A stretch of DNA of 64,000 nucleotides from Candidatus Aenigmatarchaeota archaeon (GTDB lineage Archaea; Aenigmatarchaeota; Aenigmatarchaeia; CG10238-14; WAMV01). The notes beneath the pieces were generated by a model. That model saw only the letters and a list, made by a program, of their open reading frames with translations, did not search any database and was not told the DNA's origin. The stretch lies in assembly GCA_015522145.1 (NCBI GenBank), contig WAMV01000007.1:15470-79469 (forward strand), read 5' to 3'. A program made the position numbers and the translations under genes. Position 1 is the first letter of the stretch; each line of letters starts with the position of its first letter. Below are positions 29,906-37,343 of the stretch, piece after piece.

Positions 29906-29915
29906 AGTTTAAAAA
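29901..29915 (+). promoter_or_regulatory. BRE/TATA promoter for the sRNA-tRNA transcript
   Basis: AATAAAG-TTTAAAAA about 24 nt upstream of the first guide arm. Confidence 0.5.
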
Positions 29916-29937
29916 ATCAACCAAAGCAAATTAAAAT

Positions 29938-29982
29938 TAGTCTCAAGGTCTGATAGCAAGATGATGAGCACTGGCTTTGCAT
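29938..29982 (+). ncRNA. box C/D-like guide RNA in the tRNA 5' leader, antisense to its own pre-tRNA
   Basis: TAGTCTCAAGGT-CTGA(29950-53)-TAGCAAG-ATGATGA(29961-67)-GCACTGGCTTT; the arms complement 30015-30025 and 30081-30091. Confidence 0.75.
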
Positions 29983-30130
29983 GCCCGGGTGGCGGAACCA
30001 GGCTAACGCGCCGGCCTTGAGACTACCATGAGAATGTTGGCTTGACCCTGAAAAACATGATGATAAGGAGGTGAGTCGAGAAAGCCGGTGCCCCTTACGG
30101 GGCGTGTGGGTTCAAATCCCACCCCGGGCG
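29983..30130 (+). tRNA. tRNA-Ser(UGA) with a 61-nt intron at 37/38 (30022-30082)
   Basis: Acceptor stem GCCCGGG/CCCGGGC plus G73; anticodon stem CCGGC/GCCGG; loop CU-UGA-G^A; long variable arm GCCCC-TTAC-GGGGC; GTTCAAATC T-loop; BHB central helix CUUG/CGAG with a 3-nt AAA bulge. Confidence 0.93.
30022..30082 (+). ncRNA. tRNA intron carrying a box C/D motif
   Basis: C-like ATGAGAA (30028-34), 13-nt spacer, CTGA (30048-51), AAAAC, ATGATGA (30057-63), D-like GTGA (30071-74). Confidence 0.6.
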
Positions 30131-30186
30131 TAGAAATTTTAGCTATCTAAAGAAAGTTAAATTTAAATCTCGTGGAATTATATTTA

Positions 30187-30753
30187 ATGGAAAAAATAAC
30201 CTGCAGCTATTGTGGCAGAAAGTTTGATAATGAAAATTCTTTAAAACAACATAAACAAGCCAAACACCCCAGCGAGTTCCAAAAAGAAATAGAAAACAAA
30301 ATTAAAGAGCATACACAAAGAAGGCAATTAATCAGCATAGCTAAGTATTCTGTAGCTCTTTTAATTCTAGCTATAGCAGCTTTTTACTTACCAACACTTA
30401 TCCAAATTAAGTATTACCCACCAACAACTATTGAGGGACATGTGGAAGCTTATCCTCCAGCTAGAGTTGTAAAAGAACCTATACCAGAACCTATACAAAA
30501 ACATATTCTGGAGCATGTACCGACTAGCTTTGGAAACAGACCTGGCGTTCTAATACAATATAATTGTGAAAAGTTTGATTGTGCTCCTGATTTAATTGTT
30601 AAACTGGAAAACTTGACAAGATTTTATGAGTATTTGTACGTTGCTCCCAATCCTAAGATAGATGCTAAAATTGCTCTAACAAAATTTGGACAGATATTAA
30701 TTTTGGATGATTATGACGAACAAAGAATAAGGGAATTTATAGAAAGTTTTTAA
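30187..30753 (+). CDS. C2H2 zinc-finger + TM + extracytoplasmic domain (DUF3105-like) protein
   Basis: CSYC-x12-HKQAKH; a single TM helix; HILEH and QYNC motifs. Confidence 0.7.
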   Translation: MEKITCSYCGRKFDNENSLKQHKQAKHPSEFQKEIENKIKEHTQRRQLISIAKYSVALLILAIAAFYLPTLIQIKYYPPTTIEGHVEAYPPARVVKEPIPEPIQKHILEHVPTSFGNRPGVLIQYNCEKFDCAPDLIVKLENLTRFYEYLYVAPNPKIDAKIALTKFGQILILDDYDEQRIREFIESF

Positions 30754-30777
30754 GCAAATAAACTAAACTAATTTTAC

Positions 30778-32922
30778 ATGGAACATTCCCATCATGACCA
30801 TGCTCATCATATGGAAGAATTTAAGAAAAAATTCATTATAGCAACTATACTAACGATACCAGTTCTTTTACTTTCAGAAACTATACAGCTTTGGCTGGGC
30901 TTTAGCTTTCAAATTCCTTATCAAAAATATGTTGTTCTTGCTTTAAGCTCTATTATTTATTTCTACGCAGGAATGCCTTTCTTGAAAGGTAGTTATAATG
31001 AATTGAAGGCAAGACAGCCAGGCATGATGACACTTGTTGCAAGCGCTATAAGCGTAGCTTATTTTTACTCTGTTTTTGTTGTGTTTACTGGTAGAGGTAG
31101 GGAATTTTTCTGGGAGCTAGCAACGCTTATAGATGTGATGCTTCTAGGTCATTGGATTGAGGCTAAAAGTGTTTTAGGAGCAAGTAAAGCTTTAGAAGAA
31201 TTAGCAAAGTTGATGCCAACCTACGCTCATCTAATCAAAAATGGCGAAGTTGTGGATGTAAGTGTAGAAGAGTTAAAGGTTGGTGATATAGTTTTGGTTA
31301 AGCCTGGGGAAAAAATACCTAGCGATGGTGTTATCATAGAAGGTTCTTCTTTTGTAAATGAAGCTTTACTAACTGGCGAGTCCAAACCTGTTAGCAAAAA
31401 GGAAGGTGATAAAGTTATAGCTGGTTCTATTAATGGTGAAGGAAGTTTAAAAGTTAAGGTAGAAAAAACTGGAAAGGATATTTACCTTGCCCAAGTAATG
31501 GAACTTGTTAAGCAAGCTCAGCAAAGCAAAAGCAGAACGCAAGATTTAGCTAATAAAGCAGCTTCCCTGTTGTTTTATGTTGCATTAATTTCTGGTATTA
31601 TTACTTATTCTGTTTGGAGTTTCTACGGCATGCCAGATGCAGCATTGGAAAGGACAGTAACAGTTTTAGTAATTGCATGCCCTCATGCTCTTGGCCTGGC
31701 TATTCCTCTTGTCGTTGCAATTTCTACAGCTATAACAGCTAAGCAAGGAATACTAATAAGGAATAGAAAAGCATTTGAGGAAGTTAAGGATGTTGATGTT
31801 GTTGTTTTTGATAAAACTGGTACGCTAACTCTTGGAGAGCTAGAAGTTAGCGATGTCTGGAGTAAGATTGATGAGAAAGAATTGCTTAGCTATGCTGCAA
31901 GCCTAGAAGTTCATTCTGAGCATATTATCGGAAGGGCAATAGTTGATTATGCTAAGAAAAAAGGCATAGAAATTAAACAAGTTAATGAATTTAAAGCCAT
32001 TCCTGGAAAGGGAGTCTTTGGCATCATAGATGGTAAAGAGATTTATGTGGGAAGTGAGGAATTGTTAAAAGACCTGGAGCTCCAAGAAACAAACGAAAAA
32101 ATAAAAGAATGGCAGAGCAAAGGAAAATCTATAATTTTTGTTGTTGTTAATAAAGAAGTAGTTGGGGCATTTGCTTTGGAAGACAAAATAAGAGAAGAGT
32201 CTTTGCAAGCAGTTGAAAAACTTAAGGAAATAGGAATAAAAGTTTACATGATAACAGGAGATGCTGAGGAAGTTGCTAAAGATGTGGCTACAAGGCTAGG
32301 AATAGACAATTTCTTCGCTAGAGTATTACCAGATCAAAAAGCAAACAAAATAAAAGAACTTCAAGAAAAAGGCTATAAAGTTGCCATGGTTGGTGATGGT
32401 ATAAATGATGCTCCAGCCTTAATGCAGGCTGATGTTGGTATAGCTATTGGCGCTGGCACAGATGTGGCTATAGAAAGTGCCGACATAATATTAGTAAGAA
32501 ATAATCCTCTGGATGTTGTTAAAATAATTAAAATAGCTAGAAGTGTTTACTCTAAGATGGTTCAGAATTTATGGTGGGCAGCAGGCTATAACATTATTGC
32601 AATACCTTTAGCTGCAGGAATACTAGCTAATTATGGAATAATAATTTCTCCAGCCATAGGAGCTATTTTAATGTCTCTAAGCACCATAATAGTTGCAATA
32701 AATGCGCAAACATTAAGAAAATTGGAGCCAAAAACTGAGGTAAAGGAAGTGGTTTATAGGGATGTTGTGTGTGGTATGAATGCAGAAAACTCTGACATTA
32801 AGTTTGAGTATGAAAACATAGTTTACCACTTCTGTTCTGAAAACTGCTTAAAAGAATTTAAGAAAAATCCTAAAAAATACTTAAAGGGTGGTTCTGAGCA
32901 TATGCACGCCCATCATCATTGA
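30778..32922 (+). CDS. copB: P1B-type copper-translocating ATPase (CopB-like, CPH) with C-terminal YHS domain
   Basis: His-rich N-terminus; TGES, CPH, DKTGT, GDGINDAP and YN motifs; DVVCGM...FCSENC. Confidence 0.93.
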   Translation: MEHSHHDHAHHMEEFKKKFIIATILTIPVLLLSETIQLWLGFSFQIPYQKYVVLALSSIIYFYAGMPFLKGSYNELKARQPGMMTLVASAISVAYFYSVFVVFTGRGREFFWELATLIDVMLLGHWIEAKSVLGASKALEELAKLMPTYAHLIKNGEVVDVSVEELKVGDIVLVKPGEKIPSDGVIIEGSSFVNEALLTGESKPVSKKEGDKVIAGSINGEGSLKVKVEKTGKDIYLAQVMELVKQAQQSKSRTQDLANKAASLLFYVALISGIITYSVWSFYGMPDAALERTVTVLVIACPHALGLAIPLVVAISTAITAKQGILIRNRKAFEEVKDVDVVVFDKTGTLTLGELEVSDVWSKIDEKELLSYAASLEVHSEHIIGRAIVDYAKKKGIEIKQVNEFKAIPGKGVFGIIDGKEIYVGSEELLKDLELQETNEKIKEWQSKGKSIIFVVVNKEVVGAFALEDKIREESLQAVEKLKEIGIKVYMITGDAEEVAKDVATRLGIDNFFARVLPDQKANKIKELQEKGYKVAMVGDGINDAPALMQADVGIAIGAGTDVAIESADIILVRNNPLDVVKIIKIARSVYSKMVQNLWWAAGYNIIAIPLAAGILANYGIIISPAIGAILMSLSTIIVAINAQTLRKLEPKTEVKEVVYRDVVCGMNAENSDIKFEYENIVYHFCSENCLKEFKKNPKKYLKGGSEHMHAHHH

Positions 32923-33605
32923 AGGAACTGATTAATTACAGTCTCAAACGTTTGGTAAGGTTGAGCTCCAACTATTTTTACACCATTTATGAAGAATGTT
33001 GGTGTTCCTTGGACACCGTAGCTTACACCATCTTGATAATCTTTTTGTACTTCTTGAGCATATTTGCCAGAATCTAAGCAGGAGCTAAATTGCTCCAAAT
33101 CCAAACCAAGTTCTGCAGCGTAGTCTTTGAATTTTTGAACTCCCTGAGTTGACCATTCAGATTGTCTTTCAAACAATATGTCGTGGTATTCCCAATACTT
33201 ACCCTGCTCTCCAGCACACTCTGCTGCCTCAGCAGCTTTTTGAGCATATTGGTGGAAGTTTAAAGGAAAGTCTCTATAAACAAGTTTGACCTTGCCTGTA
33301 TCTATGAAATTTTGTTTGATTAAAGGCAATGTTTGTTGCCAGAATCTCCTACAGAATGGGCATTGGTAATCGCTAAACTCTATGATGGTTACAGGAGCGT
33401 TTGGATCGCCTAGCACAGGATCGTCATCAGCACTAACTTGAACTCGAGTAGGCTGTTGTTTAGGCACTTCTTTAGGAATCGCTTGATCTGCTGTGTCTGT
33501 GGGTGTTTCTGTGGGTGTTAATTGAGAGTATATACTAAAAGTCGCAACTAGATTAATAGCCACTAATATTGTTAAGACTATTAACAAAGTTTCATAGCGT
33601 CTCAT
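32916..33605 (-). CDS. membrane-anchored DsbA-family thiol-disulfide oxidoreductase
   Basis: EFSDYQCPFC, RDFPL and GTPTFFING motifs; N-terminal TM. Confidence 0.92.
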   Translation of the reverse strand: MRRYETLLIVLTILVAINLVATFSIYSQLTPTETPTDTADQAIPKEVPKQQPTRVQVSADDDPVLGDPNAPVTIIEFSDYQCPFCRRFWQQTLPLIKQNFIDTGKVKLVYRDFPLNFHQYAQKAAEAAECAGEQGKYWEYHDILFERQSEWSTQGVQKFKDYAAELGLDLEQFSSCLDSGKYAQEVQKDYQDGVSYGVQGTPTFFINGVKIVGAQPYQTFETVINQFLQ

Positions 33606-33642
33606 AAATTAAATATGGGGAAGGATTTATAATTGTTATTTA

Positions 33643-34332
33643 ATGTTCAACAAACACAACTTGTTAAAAATATTATTTGTAACCATATTACTAATGGTTT
33701 TTCCTTTGTACGTCCAGAATGCTATATGGTTATGGCAAAACACAGATTTGCTGATAGTGAATAACTGGCTTCTTGTTGTTTTTTACGTTTTTCTATTTTT
33801 GTTAATATTGATGTTTTTAAGACCGGATAAAAATAAGGGCATGTGGAAAAAGGTCAAGGGAGTTTATGTTGCCTACATAGTTGCTTTGTTTACAGAAATG
33901 TTTGGAATACCTCTAACTTTATACTTCTTTTCTTTTTCTTTCGCGAATTTTGAGCCTGTTGAAACTCTGTTTGCGTTAGAGTTTGAATTTATGGGTAGTA
34001 AGATGAGATTATTAGCAACCAGTGCCATAGCTGGTGTAATTAGCTTGCTATCTGCTATAATCATAGCTATTGCATGGAAGCAAATTTATAACGCTAAAGG
34101 AAAGTTAGTTACTGATGGTATTTACCGATTTTCCAGACATCCTCAATACTTCGCTCTTATTCTAATCATTGCCTTCTGGACAATGGCATGGCCGACTGTT
34201 TTAACTATAACCTTGGGTACGATTTTGATTGTAAGCTATGTATGGTTAGCAAAGCAAGAAGAAAAGGAGCTTGAAAAGATTTTTGGTAAGAAATATTTAA
34301 GGTATAAAAAAACTGTTCCAATGTTTATTTAA
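33643..34332 (+). CDS. isoprenylcysteine carboxylmethyltransferase (ICMT/PEMT) family membrane protein
   Basis: ALFTEMFGIPLT, LVTDGIYRFSRHPQY and EEKEL...FG..Y..Y motifs. Confidence 0.88.
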   Translation: MFNKHNLLKILFVTILLMVFPLYVQNAIWLWQNTDLLIVNNWLLVVFYVFLFLLILMFLRPDKNKGMWKKVKGVYVAYIVALFTEMFGIPLTLYFFSFSFANFEPVETLFALEFEFMGSKMRLLATSAIAGVISLLSAIIIAIAWKQIYNAKGKLVTDGIYRFSRHPQYFALILIIAFWTMAWPTVLTITLGTILIVSYVWLAKQEEKELEKIFGKKYLRYKKTVPMFI

Positions 34333-34468
34333 TGGCATGCTTTATTATCTCTAAATTGCAGGAATTGTGTTCTCTACACCATTCTTCACATTTCTGAGCT
34401 AACTCAAAAGATTTATATTTATTAGAACATTCTTCACAAACAAATATGCCATTTATCTCCTTGACCGT
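34325..34468 (-). CDS. 47-aa Cys-rich putative metal-binding protein with ACG start (or start-codon-mutated pseudogene); absent from the ORF track
   Basis: (T/M)VKEINGIFVCEECSNKYKSFELAQKCEEWCREHNSCNLEIIKHAIK*; GAGGAGG SD 5 nt before ACG; no in-frame ATG/GTG/TTG after the upstream TAG. Confidence 0.65.
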   Translation of the reverse strand, partial: TVKEINGIFVCEECSNKYKSFELAQKCEEWCREHNSCNLEIIKHAIK

Positions 34469-34962
34469 TTTATCCTCCTCTTTCTCCTAACCACCTTAGT
34501 TGTTCTAGCAGGCTTGGAACTGCTCATTGCAACAATTAGTATGAGGAGTAATAAAAATAAGAAGAAAAACATTCCAAAATACCAGAATCCCATACCCCAG
34601 CCCCAATATGGATACATCATCATACCACCCATCATGCCATAAGTTCCATAGTTGTTTACTCCTTCAAAAGTATATTGATTTTCCCCACAATATATTCTCC
34701 TAGCCATCAGTATATGCATTTGTCTTAAGCTTTCAGAGCCTTCGCCTCCCATCATCTGATCCATTATTTCATGAGCTTGGCCGGGATGCATTAATTCCAT
34801 GTAATAATCGCCTATAGCCTCAAGCTGCTCATCTGTAAGCTGAGAGCAGGGTACTTGCTGATTTATTATTTGTTCTATCTCAGTTACGTTCGCATCCGTA
34901 TGAGCAAAAACACTAGGTAGAATAGTTAAAAGTACCACCAATGTTATTGCGATTCTTTTCAT
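34453..34962 (-). CDS. secreted/membrane Met- and His-rich hypothetical protein
   Basis: Signal peptide (VFA|H), MHPGQAHEIMDQMMGGEG, GMMGGMMM, C-terminal TM and basic tail. Confidence 0.75.
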   Translation of the reverse strand: MKRIAITLVVLLTILPSVFAHTDANVTEIEQIINQQVPCSQLTDEQLEAIGDYYMELMHPGQAHEIMDQMMGGEGSESLRQMHILMARRIYCGENQYTFEGVNNYGTYGMMGGMMMYPYWGWGMGFWYFGMFFFLFLLLLILIVAMSSSKPARTTKVVRRKRRIKRSRR

Positions 34963-34994
34963 TTTAACATCACCTTGATGCTTAATACTTTATT

Positions 34995-35459
34995 TTAGGC
35001 CCTTATAAAGGTAAATATGTTGCTGCCATCATAAGCATATATGGTAAACAAAGAGGTTTTAATTCCGGACATTCCTGGTGAGCCAGGAGGCATTCCAGGC
35101 AATGCTATTCCTTTTATGTTTGGTTTTTCCTCAAGTAATTTATTTATGGCTTCTATAGGCACATGACCCTCAACAAAATAATTGCCTATTTTAACAGTGT
35201 GACATGACCAAAGATTTTGGGGAATTCCTAGTTCTGTTTTTATTTGGACTAGTTGTGCTTCATTAACCTCTACAGAGTTTACTTGCAATCCAAAACCTCT
35301 TAAATAATTTTCATAAAGCTTGCAACATCCACATGTTGGCGAATAATATATCGTAATCGTATCAGAATAATTTGCTACAGGTCTAAAGAATTGAAATGAA
35401 AACATTACAGCCAAAAATATCAAGATTCCTAATGCTGCATATAGGGTTTTGTCTTTCAT
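34995..35459 (-). CDS. DUF411 (CopG-like) metal-binding protein
   Basis: SPTCGCC, SCHT, EGHVP and PGMPPGSPGM motifs. Confidence 0.9.
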   Translation of the reverse strand: MKDKTLYAALGILIFLAVMFSFQFFRPVANYSDTITIYYSPTCGCCKLYENYLRGFGLQVNSVEVNEAQLVQIKTELGIPQNLWSCHTVKIGNYFVEGHVPIEAINKLLEEKPNIKGIALPGMPPGSPGMSGIKTSLFTIYAYDGSNIFTFIRA

Positions 35460-35932
35460 TCTTTACAGCACTCCAGCATCTTTTTCAGTATTTTTACAAA
35501 ATTTCTGTTTGAAAATCCTATTTTTTCTGATTTAAATTTCTTCAGGTTTAACTGCCAAAACAATGAATAAAGGTAAAATGCGTCCTCAAAAGCCTCTTTG
35601 GCCATTTTCTCATTTCCTTTGGAAAGGTACTTGTTACCTGTTTCTATTAGACGCATAGATGCTGCTAAAAGATGTTTAGAAATACACCAAACCTCGCCTT
35701 CTGGATCTTTTACTATTTCTTTCATAAACTTCTTTCTTATCTTTCTAACATTTTCTATAAGGTCTAAGTAAATTTTCTTATTTGTTTTTATGGCGGTAAA
35801 GAAAAGATGTTCCTCTATAGATATCAAATTCATTAACCCAATGCTTAAGTCTTCTTCTAGCGATAGGTCTTTCATCTCTTTCATTTTGTTAACTTTTTCA
35901 AGCAATTCCTTAGCGTTTTTAGCTCTTTTCAT
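35456..35932 (-). CDS. hypothetical protein
   Basis: Coupled ORF; EEH, WCISKH and C-terminal CCKE. Confidence 0.7.
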   Translation of the reverse strand: MKRAKNAKELLEKVNKMKEMKDLSLEEDLSIGLMNLISIEEHLFFTAIKTNKKIYLDLIENVRKIRKKFMKEIVKDPEGEVWCISKHLLAASMRLIETGNKYLSKGNEKMAKEAFEDAFYLYSLFWQLNLKKFKSEKIGFSNRNFVKILKKMLECCKE

Positions 35933-35935
35933 TTT

Positions 35936-36406
35936 TCACCACCAAAACAAAAACAATATGCTAACCAAGGTTAGTGTTAAAAGTGTTATAACAATAGATT
36001 GGTAGCCTATTTTTTTGGGAAGTGATTTTGCAACATTAAGCACTAATAAAGTTAGAATAGCACCTATCAGGATGGATAAAGTAAGCCTGTCTATCCCAAA
36101 AATCATATGATAAGAAACTATACCCGCATAATAGAATGGAATTATTGTCAAGCCCAAAGCTAGGAAAACTAATAAAACTGTTAATCCTGGATTTTCGTTT
36201 TTGTTTATTACTCTGTCCATCCATAATGCCGTTGAAATTATAAAAGCTCCTAACCACAAACCAACTATAGAATCATTAACACCATAAAATCTTGCAACCA
36301 TTACAGCTGTGCCAGTAGCAGCTGTGCACAATGGACAGTGAGCTAAGCTTGGTTGAGCTAAAAGCGTGCTCATCATTATTGCAAAAACAATTAAAGCAAT
36401 TTTCAT
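35936..36406 (-). CDS. membrane protein with HCPLC motif
   Basis: Signal-like N-terminus from ATG 36406, then HCPLC and about 4 TM helices; the track start (36460) lies inside the operator. Confidence 0.7.
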   Translation of the reverse strand: MKIALIVFAIMMSTLLAQPSLAHCPLCTAATGTAVMVARFYGVNDSIVGLWLGAFIISTALWMDRVINKNENPGLTVLLVFLALGLTIIPFYYAGIVSYHMIFGIDRLTLSILIGAILTLLVLNVAKSLPKKIGYQSIVITLLTLTLVSILFLFWW

Positions 36407-36416
36407 GATAAAAAAG

Positions 36417-36460
36417 TGGTGTGAAACAACTTTTAAGGGTTGGTGTGAAACTAGTTTCAC
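36417..36460 (-). promoter_or_regulatory. operator/promoter of the metal-binding operon
   Basis: Perfect 16-bp palindrome GTGAAACTAGTTTCAC (36445-60); direct repeat TGGTGTGAAAC at 36417 and 36441 flanking a TATA-like CTTAAAAG 24 nt before the ATG. Confidence 0.6.
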
Positions 36461-36912
36461 TTGGCTATTATTAGATTTGTCATACCTCTCCTTTTTCTTT
36501 CTATGAGGCCTTTTGCTTCCAAGCTGTCAAGGATTCTGGTAACTTTAGATTTGGAAAACCCTGTTTCTTTTATAATTTCGGATTGAAAAATTGCATTGCC
36601 AGACTTTTTTATTAGCCCAAAAACCTTTTTCTCATCTGGATTGAGCTTTGCTAGCTGCTTCTTCAGCTTTAAGGAAGGTGAGGTAAGAAGCAAATAAAAG
36701 CCTAAAGCTCCCAAAAGTGTGGAGATTGTTATACCTAAGTAAGTTTGTGGTGGAATGTAATCTTCATGAGGACAAGCACTTGCATTTGCATTGCAAACAT
36801 CTTCACAAATTTGAGAGGAGTAATAAACAATGCTACTGGTTGTAACATAAGTAAAGTAAAGAGTTATTAGGGCCATTACCATTAAAGTGTAGCCCAAAAT
36901 TGTGTTTTTCAT
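36457..36912 (-). CDS. membrane-anchored winged-HTH transcriptional regulator
   Basis: Two TMs with a C-x3-C-x6-CPH loop; QSEI...SKSKVTRIL..LE.KGLIER.RRGMTN. Confidence 0.85.
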   Translation of the reverse strand: MKNTILGYTLMVMALITLYFTYVTTSSIVYYSSQICEDVCNANASACPHEDYIPPQTYLGITISTLLGALGFYLLLTSPSLKLKKQLAKLNPDEKKVFGLIKKSGNAIFQSEIIKETGFSKSKVTRILDSLEAKGLIERKRRGMTNLIIAK

Positions 36913-36934
36913 AATGTGTATTTTAAGGTTTGAT

Positions 36935-37258
36935 TTAAATTTTTTTCCAAACTGCTACTATTCCAGCTATTAAGAATGTGATAGCTAAAGGAAGAATGAT
37001 GAAGCCTGTGAATGGAGAAATTATTAGGAGGAATAAGGCGTAGATTAGTGTTATAGCTCCAACTACCCTCATCCACTTCTGCAAATAAAGCAAAACAACA
37101 AAAATTATGCCTATGCCTGTAAACAAATAGCTTATTAGCGCAATACCAGCAAAAATAACACCTATTAAGCCTAGATCCTTAAAAGCAAAGAAAAAGGTTG
37201 AAAGCGCTAATTGAATTATTATTCCTATAGCAGCTATTATCCAGCTGCCTTTTTTCAT
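36935..37258 (-). CDS. small membrane protein
   Basis: 107 aa, about 4 TM helices. Confidence 0.65.
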   Translation of the reverse strand: MKKGSWIIAAIGIIIQLALSTFFFAFKDLGLIGVIFAGIALISYLFTGIGIIFVVLLYLQKWMRVVGAITLIYALFLLIISPFTGFIILPLAITFLIAGIVAVWKKI

Positions 37259-37343
37259 TAAAGGAAATTTAAAATTGGGGTATATTTAACTTTTACGGAA
37301 ATTTTTATATCTTGCTAATTTGCCTATTAAATAAGGTGAAACT

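Noticed and set aside
30022-30082. Rolling-circle translation of the circular intron
   Set aside because: The ATG downstream of the SD gives MRMLA followed by TGA.
29983-30130. tRNA-Sec or a UGA suppressor
   Set aside because: The anticodon is 5'-UGA-3', which reads UCA (Ser). The 7-bp acceptor stem, G73 and variable arm fit a normal tRNA-Ser.
30131-37258. Integrated mobile element at the tRNA
   Set aside because: No integrase or transposase, and no duplicated tRNA 3' end seen by eye. Horizontal origin is possible but unsupported.
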